Positions 55,581 through 56,175 of a stretch of 56,175 nt of DNA are shown in pieces (the stretch's first letter is position 1; each line of letters opens with the position of its first letter). The DNA lies in the NCBI GenBank assembly GCA_944358405.1, contig CALVQX010000029.1, positions 1-56,175 of the forward strand, read 5' to 3'. The notes beneath the pieces were generated by a model. The model did no database searches, had not been told where the DNA came from, and worked only from the letters and a program-made list of their open reading frames with translations. Position numbers and translations under genes: made by a program. The DNA comes from an uncultured Bacilli bacterium (lineage in GTDB: Bacteria; Bacillota_I; Bacilli_A; RF39; UBA660).

Positions 55581-56048
55581 TTACTTCCCCGTAAACGGGG
55601 CCTTATATTCCTTCAAACTTCTTTGGTCTTTTATTTTATCTTCTAAGTCTTGATTTTGGATATATCTTTTTATTGTATTTTTATTGAGATCTACCGTACT
55701 TTCATAATATCCTTCTGCACAAAAATGACGGTTTCCATAATTATATTTTAAATTTGCGTGTTCTTCAAAAATCATTAATGAACTTTTTCCTTTCAAATAT
55801 CTCATAAATGATGATACACTTATTTTGGGTGGAATCTTCACTAACGTATGTATATGATCAGGGCATGCTTGAGCTTCTACTATCTCAACTCCCTTATAAT
55901 CACATAGTCTTCTTAAATATGTACCTATATCTCGACGTAATTTTCTATAAATTGCTTTTCTTCGATATTTTGGGGTAAAGACTATGTGATATTGGCAATT
56001 CCATCTTGTATGAGATAAAGAACTTTCATCATCGTTTTTTCTTCTCAT
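55581..56048 (-). CDS. tnpA: IS200-family Y1 (HUH) transposase TnpA
   Basis: 155 aa; YHIVFTPKYRR, HUH motif DHIHTLV, catalytic-Tyr region GNRHFCAEGYYESTV. Confidence 0.92.
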   Translation of the reverse strand: MRRKNDDESSLSHTRWNCQYHIVFTPKYRRKAIYRKLRRDIGTYLRRLCDYKGVEIVEAQACPDHIHTLVKIPPKISVSSFMRYLKGKSSLMIFEEHANLKYNYGNRHFCAEGYYESTVDLNKNTIKRYIQNQDLEDKIKDQRSLKEYKAPFTGK

Positions 56049-56049
56049 A

Positions 56050-56121
56050 AAATAAATCCTCCCTTGATTTTAGATTTTGGTTGGCAGACCATTTTCTATT
56101 ATATCAAAGGAGGATTTATTT
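56050..56121 (-). promoter_or_regulatory. 5'-UTR stem-loop sequestering the tnpA Shine-Dalgarno
   Basis: 13-bp perfect inverted repeat AAATAAATCCTCC (56050-56062) / GGAGGATTTATTT (56109-56121); the proximal arm contains the GGAGGA SD 1 nt from the ATG context. Confidence 0.65.
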
Positions 56122-56175
56122 TTCTCTTAACGCCACCGCTTCTTCAGCTCTCACCCGCATAGCGGGTGGTTTTGT

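Larger units (their letters stand above)
55436..56175 (-). mobile_element. IS200-type insertion sequence (IS200/IS605 family, tnpA only); left end may extend past the window edge
   Basis: Y1 HUH transposase gene flanked by similar subterminal hairpins on the same strand: CCACCC-ttaaaaa-GGGTGG+T5 (55480-55503) and CACCCGC-ata-GCGGGTG+GTTTT (56139-56160). Confidence 0.8.

Overview
This is an AT-rich chromosomal segment from a low-GC Bacillota genome. It is probably a spore-forming, gut-type Erysipelotrichales or Clostridia-like organism. That is an inference from RNase HIII, a GerA-family germination protein, a BclA-like collagen protein and a Bce-type peptide-resistance module; there is no rRNA in the window, so taxonomy cannot be fixed. 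There are about 55 protein genes, roughly 90% on the minus strand, in long co-directional strings with tiny gaps or overlaps. Housekeeping genes: queH, rarA, an RlmD/RumA-type RNA methyltransferase, tag, ppdK, trxA, cvpA, rnhC. Metal homeostasis: two ZIP transporters and copZ-copA. Envelope and antimicrobial-stress functions: two VanZ-type proteins, a complete BceRS-BceAB-like module with a recognisable regulator box, a tandem pair of MacB-like fused ABC ATPase-permeases, a YdbS/YdbT-like PH-domain pair, and an L,D-transpeptidase. Spore-related genes: a GerA-family protein with a mini GerC-like partner, and a collagen-like BclA-type protein. RNA genes: tRNA-Thr(CGT), tRNA-Leu(TAG) and a tRNA with CAT anticodon. 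Mobile DNA: an IS200-type element at the right edge and a decayed TnpB 3' fragment. I rank three regions highest for follow-up. (1) A roughly 1.9-kb islet wedged between tRNA genes (38.5-40.45 kb). It carries an orphan MvaI/BcnI (MutH-like) PD-(D/E)XK nuclease with no methyltransferase, an unassignable 214-aa partner, and an inverted degenerate copy of the neighbouring tRNA-CAT gene at its edge. (2) An orphan 139-aa gene driven by a perfect consensus promoter that reads into the tRNA genes and the islet. (3) A GT39/PMT-type glycosyltransferase co-directional with two large Ser/Thr-rich exported proteins. One of these has a poly-Asn microsatellite and a WxxWxxW-Cys motif; the other has an internal lipobox. 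All family assignments come from motif recognition by eye. No database search was run.
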